From a virus (lineage: Duplodnaviria > Caudoviricetes), in IMG/VR virus record IMGVR_UViG_3300034375_002741, positions 1-32,354 of that record: a DNA stretch of 32,354 bases, one strand, 5' to 3'. A model generated the notes under the pieces. That model searched no databases and had not been told where the DNA came from. It saw only the letters and a program-made list of their open reading frames with translations. Numbering within the stretch: position 1 is the stretch's first letter; the number at the start of each line of letters is the position of its first letter. The position numbers and the translations under genes are program-made. Positions 8,023-15,873 of this stretch are shown one piece after another.

Positions 8023-8784
8023 TTATCTCCTTAGTTTAGTTTTCTTTTTATCACCCCAGTTGTACAGTTTCTGAATAGCTTCTAGATACTCATCAGTACT
8101 GGTACAATGAAATAGCTTACTTCGATTTAGTTCTAGTTTTCTAATAAACTTTTTGAAATCAAACTTCTCATCATTGAGTGCCTGTATAAACGCTGCAATG
8201 AACGATCTACGTTTGTTACCTTCATAAAAATGACCAACTAAATTAATCATTTTAGCCTGGCGTTTAGCTTTTTCAAACTGACCAGGGGGTATAACAAACT
8301 CACCGTTTTTAAACGCTTTGATTACATTAGAATGAACTAATCCAATAGCACTTGATGCCTCATTAGATAGCATCATAATACAAGTTGCATTACCAAAACC
8401 AGTGATCTCTTTGAAGTGTTTGAATACACCATACGGACCAACTGTTTCAGGATTCTTTTTAGCTTCTATATTTACATATGAGCTAAGGAAATCATCAATA
8501 CTCCAGTTTTTATTATTCTGGTTCATCCTACGGATATCTTCCAATGAATGATCTGTAACTATGTAAGTAATAGGTAGACCTAGTGCTTTAGCTGCAGTGA
8601 ATCTATGTTGACCGTCAGTTATTTCGTGTCGTTTGTTGACATAAATTGTTTGCGGTACATATACTTCGGTCATAGATGTAATCAGCTTTTTTACATGAGC
8701 TTGATCTACTGGTCTATTACCATGTTTAAATTTAAACATACTATAATTACTAGTAGTTTGTGGTTTAGTCATTTGGTTTACCAT
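8023..8784 (-). CDS. ParB/Srx-like N-terminal domain protein
   Basis: NRPVDQAHVKKLITSM...IYVN..EITDGQHRFTAAKALG motif. Confidence 0.8.
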   Translation of the reverse strand: MVNQMTKPQTTSNYSMFKFKHGNRPVDQAHVKKLITSMTEVYVPQTIYVNKRHEITDGQHRFTAAKALGLPITYIVTDHSLEDIRRMNQNNKNWSIDDFLSSYVNIEAKKNPETVGPYGVFKHFKEITGFGNATCIMMLSNEASSAIGLVHSNVIKAFKNGEFVIPPGQFEKAKRQAKMINLVGHFYEGNKRRSFIAAFIQALNDEKFDFKKFIRKLELNRSKLFHCTSTDEYLEAIQKLYNWGDKKKTKLRR

Positions 8785-8953
8785 TACGTTCCTCCTGGTA
8801 AGTTTCTAAGTTAATTTGTAATATTTTAGATAGTGTTATTGCTTGTCGCATCTCGCTATGTTCATCACCGACTGCTTGACCAGCCATGATGCCATTATAC
8901 ATATCAAGATGATTATTTAGTTTGAGCAACATTTGTTCACGTATTGTTTCCAT
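8765..8953 (-). CDS. Hypothetical protein
   Basis: 62 aa, GGAGG RBS. Confidence 0.6.
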   Translation of the reverse strand: METIREQMLLKLNNHLDMYNGIMAGQAVGDEHSEMRQAITLSKILQINLETYQEERNGKPND

Positions 8954-9131
8954 TTAGTTCTGCCTCCAACATACTTTTGGACTCTTGCTCCTCATAAGCA
9001 GCTTGTCCTTGTTTTTCTAACTCTTTGTTAAAATTGTTAATGATAGCTTCACACTTGTTGACAAATGTATCGGCTGTCATTTTACCAGACCTAACTTGGT
9101 CCAGCATTGCAGATATTTCGAATTCGATCAT
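8937..9131 (-). CDS. Hypothetical protein
   Basis: 64 aa, AAGGA RBS. Confidence 0.65.
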   Translation of the reverse strand: MIEFEISAMLDQVRSGKMTADTFVNKCEAIINNFNKELEKQGQAAYEEQESKSMLEAELNGNNT

Positions 9132-9207
9132 AACTTTCCTTTTGTTGAATAGGGGGGGGTGGGGATTAAAGCCGACTAAACATCAACTTCCCCACCTTAC
9201 CTTTGGT

Positions 9208-9465
9208 TTAGTTTTTAGGTCTTGGTGCTTCCACCATAGAAACATCAACATTATTTCTCTCTACCAATTGGTTAAGAGTTTCAACAGTGATGCTCTCACC
9301 TGGTCTTACAGTATCAATAGGCATATTAATTGTTTGTATTACCCTAAACTGTTCACCAGTCTTTTCAAATGGTTTTACCACTTGACCTGACTCGTCTCGT
9401 TTCCAGATGTTTTGCATGTAACCTTTAACGTACATACTCGCTTGTTTTGTCGTATCTATAGCCAT
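9208..9465 (-). CDS. Hypothetical protein
   Basis: 85 aa, AGGAGG RBS. Confidence 0.75.
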   Translation of the reverse strand: MAIDTTKQASMYVKGYMQNIWKRDESGQVVKPFEKTGEQFRVIQTINMPIDTVRPGESITVETLNQLVERNNVDVSMVEAPRPKN

Positions 9466-9474
9466 ATTATCCTC

Positions 9475-9681
9475 CTAGCTGTTTTTGTTACGAACGATAG
9501 ACTGCAGCCTTTGATGCTTTCTTGCTATCACTTGCTCTAATCTACCTATTTTCTCCTGAGCTTTTTCGTACTGCTCAAGAGCTTCATCAAGAGATGGATC
9601 TACGTTTGCTACGTCTTTCACTCTCTTAACGACTCTGTCTATAAGTAATAAATTACTCATTGATCTAAGTATTCTCCACAT
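9475..9681 (-). CDS. Hypothetical coiled-coil protein
   Basis: 68 aa, AGGAGGT RBS. Confidence 0.7.
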   Translation of the reverse strand: MWRILRSMSNLLLIDRVVKRVKDVANVDPSLDEALEQYEKAQEKIGRLEQVIARKHQRLQSIVRNKNS

Positions 9682-9955
9682 GATTACCTCCTATGTGTTG
9701 TTTATTAATCTATATAACTGTATCTCTTTTGTTACGTCATAGCTTTCGACACTCATACAGCTGAGCCTACTCGCAACTTTAATTGACTTATCTTTGCACC
9801 ATTGTTCTTTTCCTCATGTTGTATTGGCTTTGTTTTCTATTCTATTAATTTTGGTATTAACTTAGTCAGACTACACTTTATTAAATCTAATAGAACTATT
9901 CTGATACCAATCTATGTATTTCTTTATACACCCTATGTAGACAAACCTGGACTAC

Positions 9956-10003
9956 AAAAAAAAATTTGACAGGTTAGCCAGTGTATAACCGACTAACCCA
10001 TCA
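9956..10003 (-). terminator. Putative intrinsic terminator of the leftward transcript
   Basis: 16-bp stem (9967-9982/9988-10003) with four G-U pairs on the minus strand, followed after 2 nt by U9 (A-tract 9956-9964). Confidence 0.6.
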
Positions 10004-10059
10004 TTAGGAAGATCTCGCTGGTTAACGGATAGAGATTTTAGCCGTAACTTCCTAATATA

Positions 10060-10791
10060 TTACTTGTTTACTTGTTCTTTTACCACAAGTGGTTGTTGAT
10101 CAAGATACGCATTTAATTTCTTCTCTCGATCTTGTACTTGAACCAATTTGGTTAAGGCTTGCTTCTCAAACAGATTTCCCTGCTTTACAGCTGGTGTAGT
10201 AGCAGATTTGAGAGCAGAAATATTACCATTGATTCTGTAGCTCAACTGCTGTCTTTCTGCATCATAGACATTGATAAGTTCTTTGTTATCAGTAAGTCTA
10301 ATAACTTCATTGTACCAACCAGTACTAGCTATCTTAGCAATTTGAGTTTGCTTACGACCTAGTTTACCTGACTTAGTATACAACAGACAAGATATATGAG
10401 TACAACCATATCGTAACCAAAACATCTTAAGTTTACCTACAGCTGAATCAAGAAAGAACTCTTGGTTATCTTCAATATCTTCTTTCTTGTGAGACATAAT
10501 CTCATTAGGATCATCAAAGCCATAGATAGCTTCCTTGTCGTGTGAGCCTTCAATTCGTGCATCAACTAAATTGTCATTCATAGCAGATAACAACTCAGTT
10601 TGAGCATGATACTCTCTGATCTCAGCGTGCAATAGTGCAGAATGAGCATTTCTCAGTTCGAAAGTATTGTGCTTATAAGTAATACCTTTATTAGTATCAA
10701 CTGATCTTACCATACTTGCAGATGCTTCTTCGATATTATGTTCTTCTAGTATATTACTAGCTTCTAGTTCGTAATCAATTTTGTTGTTCAT
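10060..10791 (-). CDS. Hypothetical early protein
   Basis: 243 aa, AGGAG RBS; no motif recognised. Confidence 0.8.
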   Translation of the reverse strand: MNNKIDYELEASNILEEHNIEEASASMVRSVDTNKGITYKHNTFELRNAHSALLHAEIREYHAQTELLSAMNDNLVDARIEGSHDKEAIYGFDDPNEIMSHKKEDIEDNQEFFLDSAVGKLKMFWLRYGCTHISCLLYTKSGKLGRKQTQIAKIASTGWYNEVIRLTDNKELINVYDAERQQLSYRINGNISALKSATTPAVKQGNLFEKQALTKLVQVQDREKKLNAYLDQQPLVVKEQVNK

Positions 10792-10943
10792 GATTTTTCT
10801 CCTGTTTTTATTAATTTACTTACCGTCTCTCTACTCTCCTCTACTAGTGTCAGCAGATTGTTATTCTCTTGTTCTACTTGAACCAGACACAAGAAAGTAA
10901 AAAGATTTAGTATTAGTAGTACTATTATAATTATATATAGCAT
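10788..10943 (-). CDS. Small membrane-anchored early protein (51 aa)
   Basis: Hand translation MLYIIIIVLLILNLFTFLCLVQVEQENNNLLTLVEESRETVSKLIKTGEKS; AAGGAG RBS; ATGA overlap with the next gene. Confidence 0.7.
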   Translation of the reverse strand: MLYIIIIVLLILNLFTFLCLVQVEQENNNLLTLVEESRETVSKLIKTGEKS

Positions 10944-10949
10944 AGTAGT

Positions 10950-11480
10950 CTCCTTTTAGAGGTTAGGTGGTAGCTGTTTATTCAACTAACACAATTACTC
11001 ACAGCATAACTAATCGTTGGATGCAGTTGTCCAGTGTTAGATTGGTAGAAGTTTCGACAACTTGTTGTCGTGCATTAAGCGTTCGGCTTTGCCGAACAAG
11101 AAGAAAAAATGCAAACGCCTGGAACCGATATAATACTTGACTACAAATCCCGATTCGTATGATGTTAGTATGCCGTGTTAGCGTCTGTCGTGTATACAAA
11201 GGAGTGTAGACTTTACATGCATTGCATCACTTCCTTACACATAAGACAAAGAAGTCTTGCAATGCAGATATCACTTAATGCATTGACGCTCGCAGATGCA
11301 GAGAAAGCGGTCGAATGCACAGTCGAACTGTAGCATCAAGAATCAATTTCCCCAACGCATTCAAAGCGTCAATTCAAAAGCGTGGGGTTTTAAAATGCCC
11401 CCACGCATCAACACTGCTACAGCAGTGCATAATGATATATAGGGGGGTTTGTATTGAGACTAATCAAATGAAGGGGGGAC
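10950..11480. promoter_or_regulatory. Early/late divergence region; candidate promoters, origin or packaging site
   Basis: No credible ORF; genes diverge from here; clustered TGCA words, direct repeat ATTCAAA(A)GCGT, GC-rich inverted repeat GCGTGGGG/CCCCACGC (11380-11406). Confidence 0.55.
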
Positions 11481-11482
11481 AT

Positions 11483-11671
11483 ATGCCTAGAGTAGGACAC
11501 GTAATGTTTGGCGAGGATAGCTTTGGTCGGGGACAGGCAAAGGTCTATTCCAAACTCAGCGGTGTTAGGGTAGAACCAAGCCCTGAAATAGATATTATAA
11601 TAAAAGGTGAGAGTGAGCAATTAAAGCTCAATAATCTCGGTGAGGTGATCGAATGGTACGGTGGTTGGTAA
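11483..11671 (+). CDS. Hypothetical protein (62 aa)
   Basis: Start MPRVGH after AAGGGGGA; the longer track ORF runs through the non-coding hairpin and is unlikely. Confidence 0.5.
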   Translation: MPRVGHVMFGEDSFGRGQAKVYSKLSGVRVEPSPEIDIIIKGESEQLKLNNLGEVIEWYGGW

Positions 11672-11726
11672 ATCGTGCTGTATGGTACCTTAAAATGCGT
11701 TTAAACACTAACTGAGGAGAATAACT

Positions 11727-11813
11727 ATGCCATACGGTAAAGGCACATACGGATCTAAAGTAGGTAGACCACCTATGAAGAACAAAAAAAAGAAAAAAGG
11801 AAAAAAGAAATGA
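11727..11813 (+). CDS. Tiny basic peptide (28 aa)
   Basis: MPYGKGTYGSKVGRPPMKNKKKKKGKKK; GAGGAG RBS; ATGA-coupled to the next ORF. Confidence 0.7.
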   Translation: MPYGKGTYGSKVGRPPMKNKKKKKGKKK

Positions 11814-11911
11814 AACAACTAATATTGGATAAATGGCACGGACTAACTATGCAGAAAAAAGGCGTAGTGGTTGCATGTGCAGCTATACTCGTACTAGTAA
11901 TAGTACTATAA
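11810..11911 (+). CDS. Tiny membrane peptide (33 aa)
   Basis: MKQLILDKWHGLTMQKKGVVVACAAILVLVIVL; C-terminal hydrophobic helix. Confidence 0.6.
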   Translation: MKQLILDKWHGLTMQKKGVVVACAAILVLVIVL

Positions 11912-11924
11912 GTTAAGGAACTAT

Positions 11925-12059
11925 ATGAATAAAGATAAAAAGTTACCAGGTGCAAAAAAAGGCAATAAAATAAAGTTAGGTAAAGGTGTTTTTAGACCTA
12001 GTCCTAAAGTTATTGCTGATTTAAAAAAAGCTGGTTATAAAATAGTTAAAGTTAAATAA
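11925..12059 (+). CDS. Small basic protein (44 aa)
   Basis: MNKDKKLPGAKKGNKIKLGKGVFRPSPKVIADLKKAGYKIVKVK; AAGGA RBS; TAATG-coupled. Confidence 0.65.
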   Translation: MNKDKKLPGAKKGNKIKLGKGVFRPSPKVIADLKKAGYKIVKVK

Positions 12060-12232
12060 TGGCTAAGAGTACCGTTAACAAGGCTGGGAACTATACTAAG
12101 CCTGGTATGCGTAAGCGCATGTTTCAGGGTATAAAATCTGGCGCAGTGGGCGGTAAAGCTGGTCAATGGTCGGCACGTAAAGCCCAGATGCTAGCAAAAC
12201 GCTACAAGGCTGGCGGTGGCGGCTATAAATGA
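12059..12232 (+). CDS. Small basic protein, DUF5872-like N-terminal half (57 aa)
   Basis: MAKSTVNKAGNYTKPGMRKRMFQGIKSGAVGGKAGQWSARKAQMLAKRYKAGGGGYK; GQWSARKAQ motif. Confidence 0.75.
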   Translation: MAKSTVNKAGNYTKPGMRKRMFQGIKSGAVGGKAGQWSARKAQMLAKRYKAGGGGYK

Positions 12233-12468
12233 CCCTGAAAAAGTCTCAAAAGAGCTTAAAGAACTGGGGTAAACAGAAATGGCGGACCAAATCTGGTAAA
12301 CCTTCTGCTAAGACAGGTGAAAGATACCTACCTGAGAAAGCAATCAAGTCGTTATCGGCTAAAGAATACGCTGCTACTACTGCAGCTAAAAGAAAAGGCA
12401 CTAAAAAAGGTAAACAACACGTAAAACAACCAAAAAGAATTGCTCGTAAGACACGGGTTTATAGATAG
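12229..12468 (+). CDS. Small basic protein, DUF5872-like C-terminal half
   Basis: QKSLKNWGKQKWRTKSG..ERYLPEKAIKSLS..KGKQHVKQP. Confidence 0.75.
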   Translation: MTLKKSQKSLKNWGKQKWRTKSGKPSAKTGERYLPEKAIKSLSAKEYAATTAAKRKGTKKGKQHVKQPKRIARKTRVYR

Positions 12469-12481
12469 GAGAACAAACACA

Positions 12482-12751
12482 ATGGCATTACCAATTGTAG
12501 GACTAACAGCTAAAGTACTTGGCAGAAAAGCTGCTAGAAAAGTATATAAAGGCAAAAAAAAAGCAGGAGCTAAAGTATCTAGAGTAAAAGGTACAAAAAC
12601 TTATGCTAAAACTAAAACAAAAGAATCAGGTATAAGAGGTGCTGTAGGTCTAAAAGGCAAAGGCAGATTAAATACCATTCGTAGACAAGTACAAGGACCT
12701 GTTGGATATGCATCTATAGGTGCTGCTGCATTCGCTGGTGGAGATGAGTAA
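12482..12751 (+). CDS. Small basic Gly/Ala/Lys-rich protein
   Basis: Start MALPIV after AGGAG. Confidence 0.7.
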   Translation: MALPIVGLTAKVLGRKAARKVYKGKKKAGAKVSRVKGTKTYAKTKTKESGIRGAVGLKGKGRLNTIRRQVQGPVGYASIGAAAFAGGDE

Positions 12752-12905
12752 ATCAGACAAAGAGGTTATTGCTAACCTAATAAAAGCCTTAAATGGTACT
12801 AAAGAGTCTGCTCCTATTAGATATAAGAAAGAACTTGACATCGAATATACGCCACAACCAGACGTAAAGTTAGTGGTAAATAATACTAAAAAAGGACTAT
12901 TATAA
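12744..12905 (+). CDS. Hypothetical protein (53 aa)
   Basis: Start MSKSDK at 12744; TAATG-coupled to the next gene. Confidence 0.6.
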   Translation: MSKSDKEVIANLIKALNGTKESAPIRYKKELDIEYTPQPDVKLVVNNTKKGLL

Positions 12906-13156
12906 TGGCTAAAAGCTTAGTTACACTTGCTGAAGAAATATCTGCACTATCAGCTAATGAGTTACAAACTCTTGGTAAGATAGTTATGGCAAAACAACAA
13001 ATGGTACAACCACAGCAACCAGGACAAGTATCTAATGTACCTGGACCTATGGGAGCTGCACCTGTACCACCACAAATGAATCAAATGCAACAACCAAGAC
13101 GTATGGCTCCGCCATCAACTAGAGATGCAATGATGCCTGGTTTATTAAATAGATAA
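12905..13156 (+). CDS. Small protein with helical N-terminus and Gln/Pro/Met-rich tail
   Basis: 83 aa; AAGGA RBS; TAATG coupling at both ends. Confidence 0.7.
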   Translation: MAKSLVTLAEEISALSANELQTLGKIVMAKQQMVQPQQPGQVSNVPGPMGAAPVPPQMNQMQQPRRMAPPSTRDAMMPGLLNR

Positions 13157-13512
13157 TGGTTCGAATAAGTAGGTTTGCTTCTAAGTACTTTACAACTAAG
13201 AAAAAGAAACCTAAAAAATTAAAAGATAAATTAAATGAAGATCAATTAGCTGCGTTTATTGCTGGTAAGCCAACTAAAAAGTATGCTAAGACTTTTAAGA
13301 AACAAACTGGTTTATCTAAGAAAGAAATGAAACGACCTGACCCAGATGCTAGAGCTGAGTTCTTTGGTGAAAAACAACCAACTGGATATATGACTGCAGA
13401 CTTTGGTGGTAAATTTGGATCAGTAAGTAAAGCTCAACAACGTAAAGCTGTAAGTAGATCAGAAAGATTACAAATGGCTAGATTTAAAAATAAAAGGAAA
13501 AAATTAAAATGA
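13156..13512 (+). CDS. Small basic protein
   Basis: 118 aa, Lys-rich. Confidence 0.7.
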   Translation: MVRISRFASKYFTTKKKKPKKLKDKLNEDQLAAFIAGKPTKKYAKTFKKQTGLSKKEMKRPDPDARAEFFGEKQPTGYMTADFGGKFGSVSKAQQRKAVSRSERLQMARFKNKRKKLK

Positions 13513-13784
13513 TAGGTAAAGTTGCAAGTAAAATATTTGGCAAAGCTGCTAAAAAAGAAAGCAAAATATTTAAAAAGAAAAAGAAAAAGAGCAAAAAGAA
13601 GTCTACTAAAAAGAAAACAGTATTAGGTGGCGCACAAACTCTTGCAGGTAAAGCATTGCTTAATCCTATTACAGCTACAGGTGCAGTAGGTTATGGCGTT
13701 GGTAGAGGTAGTGGTAGAGCTTCTGAGAAACAAAAAACTAATAGACTTAATGAAGCATTAAGACGTAGAGGCGTAAGAGTATAA
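13509..13784 (+). CDS. Small basic protein (MIGKV N-terminus)
   Basis: 91 aa, poly-Lys runs then a Gly/Ala-rich segment. Confidence 0.7.
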   Translation: MIGKVASKIFGKAAKKESKIFKKKKKKSKKKSTKKKTVLGGAQTLAGKALLNPITATGAVGYGVGRGSGRASEKQKTNRLNEALRRRGVRV

Positions 13785-14071
13785 TGACACATGGCGGTAA
13801 AAGACCAGGAGCTGGCAGACCTAAAGGCGTAAAAGATGGCAGTAAAGGCGCTAATCTTGAAGCTAAAATTAGGGGTGCAAGTAGAACACCGTTGGATTAT
13901 ATGTTGAATGTTTTAAACAATCCTGGTACTTCTCCTGAACGGAAGATGTGGGCTGCAGAAAAAGCCGCACCTTTTGTGCATGCTAGATTAGCAAGTAAGG
14001 AACATAAAATAACTGGTGATAGCAAAAAACCAATTAGTATAAACTTATGCCACAGTCCAGAAAAGGAATAG
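13784..14071 (+). CDS. terS: Terminase small subunit (putative)
   Basis: HGGKRPGAGRPKG N-terminus, TPLDYML, AAEKAAPFVHARL; directly upstream of TerL. Confidence 0.7.
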   Translation: MTHGGKRPGAGRPKGVKDGSKGANLEAKIRGASRTPLDYMLNVLNNPGTSPERKMWAAEKAAPFVHARLASKEHKITGDSKKPISINLCHSPEKE

Positions 14072-15339
14072 CTAACAAAGAAATAACGATACCGTTTAAA
14101 CCTCGTAAGTATCAATGGGAAGTATTCCAAAACTTAAAAAGATTTAATGTTATTGTTTGTCATAGACGTTTTGGCAAGACCTGCCTAGCTATATGGAAAC
14201 TAGTAGCTACTGCAGTTGAAAAAGATAATGCTAGACTAGCTTATATAGCACCTACCTACCGACAAGGTAAAGCTGTAGCCTTTGACTATCTCAAAGAATA
14301 CACAGCACCATTAATGCAACTTGGTGGTGGTAGAAACGAAACAGAATTAAAGATAGATTTACATAACGGATCAAGAATACAGATATTCGGTGCTGACAAT
14401 CCAGATTCACTGCGTGGTTTAGGCTTTGATGGGGTAGTATTAGATGAATATGCTCTTATGTCACCTCGTACCTGGACTGAGATTATAAGACCTGCAGTAT
14501 CTGATAAACTTGGTTATGTTATATTTATTGGTACTCCAATGGGACATAATCAGTTCTGGGAAGTATTTGATTTTGCCAGACGTACTGATAGTAAAGATTG
14601 GTATGGTTGTATGTACAGATCATCTGATACTAAAGTTATCCCTGATTGGGAGTTGGAAGATGCACAGCGCACTATGCCAGACTCACAATTCCAACAGGAA
14701 TATGAATGTTCATTCAATGCTGCAGTTCAAGGTGCTTATTATGGTGCTTTAATGGAACAAGCAGAAAAAGAAAAACGTATAGGTGATGTACCATATGATC
14801 CTACAATAGATGTAGAAACATGGTGGGATTTAGGTATTGGTGACTCTACTGCAATTTGGTTTGCACAACGAGTTAATAACGAAGTAAGACTAATTGATTA
14901 CTATGAAACAAATGGTGAATCATTAGCATTTTATGTAAGTAAGTTGAATGAGAAACCATATAACTATGGCGCTCATATAGCTCCACACGATATTGTAACT
15001 AGGGAACTAGGCACAGGTAAATCTAGATTAGAAGTAGCTGCAGAGTTAGGATTAAACTTTGAAGTAGCTCCTAAACTAGAAGTAGATCACGGTATAGAAT
15101 CCGTAAGAAACACATTACCTAATTGTTGGTTTGATAGAATAAGATGCAAACAAGGCATTGAATCTCTCAAACAATATAAAAAGGTATTTGATGATAAGAA
15201 CCAAGTCTTTAAAAATAAACCCCATCATAATTGGGCATCACACGGATCAGATGCATTTAGGTATGGGTGTGTAGGCGAAGCGCCTGAAAGAACAGATTGG
15301 GCTAAAGATATTAACGTAGATACAAGGTATATAATATGA
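14047..15339 (+). CDS. terL: Terminase large subunit
   Basis: Walker A CHRRFGKT, YIAPTYRQ, LRGLGFDGVVLDE (Walker B), FIGTPMG, nuclease WDLG and HGSDAFRY. Confidence 0.95.
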   Translation: MPQSRKGIANKEITIPFKPRKYQWEVFQNLKRFNVIVCHRRFGKTCLAIWKLVATAVEKDNARLAYIAPTYRQGKAVAFDYLKEYTAPLMQLGGGRNETELKIDLHNGSRIQIFGADNPDSLRGLGFDGVVLDEYALMSPRTWTEIIRPAVSDKLGYVIFIGTPMGHNQFWEVFDFARRTDSKDWYGCMYRSSDTKVIPDWELEDAQRTMPDSQFQQEYECSFNAAVQGAYYGALMEQAEKEKRIGDVPYDPTIDVETWWDLGIGDSTAIWFAQRVNNEVRLIDYYETNGESLAFYVSKLNEKPYNYGAHIAPHDIVTRELGTGKSRLEVAAELGLNFEVAPKLEVDHGIESVRNTLPNCWFDRIRCKQGIESLKQYKKVFDDKNQVFKNKPHHNWASHGSDAFRYGCVGEAPERTDWAKDINVDTRYII

Positions 15340-15551
15340 TCACTAAAGCATCACAAAAAGCTTTTAATTATTTAAAAAACACAGGTAGAAAATCTAAAAT
15401 TGTTAAAAAAAAATTAGGTAGAAAATATAGTAAAGCAGATCCTATGACAAAAGCAATGATAGTAGGTTCAGCAATTGGAATACCTGTAAAAGCAGGATTT
15501 CTTTATGGTGCTTATAAATTAGGCACAAAAGATAATAAAAAGAAAAAATAA
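15336..15551 (+). CDS. Small basic protein (MITKA N-terminus)
   Basis: 71 aa; ATGA overlap with the TerL stop; internal Gly-rich hydrophobic stretch. Confidence 0.7.
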   Translation: MITKASQKAFNYLKNTGRKSKIVKKKLGRKYSKADPMTKAMIVGSAIGIPVKAGFLYGAYKLGTKDNKKKK

Positions 15552-15561
15552 AGGTTATTAT

Positions 15562-15873
15562 ATGATCAGTAAAGCAGCTATTCGGGCAGGAACAAAAGCC
15601 TTTGGTAAAAGTAAACCAACTAAAAAAAGATATAAAACGCAGTATATAACTGATGGACCATATGGTGAACCAAGCTTAAGAAATATATTTTATAGATCTA
15701 AAAAGTCTCCAGCTAAACAAAGAACTTATATGGAAAAAAAATTTCAAAAAGGACCTTTTAAATCTATTAAACTTGATCAAGGCGGAACATTTCCAGTAAG
15801 TAAAAGTGACTATGCTAAAGGAAAAAAATATCAAAAACGTGCAACAAAAAGAAGAAAATTGTATGACTTCTAA
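15562..15873 (+). CDS. Small basic protein (MISKA N-terminus)
   Basis: 103 aa, Lys/Tyr-rich; AAGG RBS. Confidence 0.7.
   Translation: MISKAAIRAGTKAFGKSKPTKKRYKTQYITDGPYGEPSLRNIFYRSKKSPAKQRTYMEKKFQKGPFKSIKLDQGGTFPVSKSDYAKGKKYQKRATKRRKLYDF

Noticed and set aside
9151-9165. G-run as G-quadruplex or phase-variation tract
   Set aside because: Only two G tracts, intergenic, and partly explained by pairing with TCCCCACC at 9189-9196.
9691-9760. Short minus-strand ORF (MSVESYDV...)
   Set aside because: About 21 aa with no convincing RBS; overlaps a hairpin.
9966-9989. Plus-strand TTGACA...TATAAC promoter
   Set aside because: Spacing is only 12 bp; sequence is explained by the minus-strand hairpin.
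10999-11482. Track ORF 10999..11199(-) and the 5' extension of 11315..11671
   Set aside because: No clear RBS, atypical composition, overlap with the repeat/hairpin control region.
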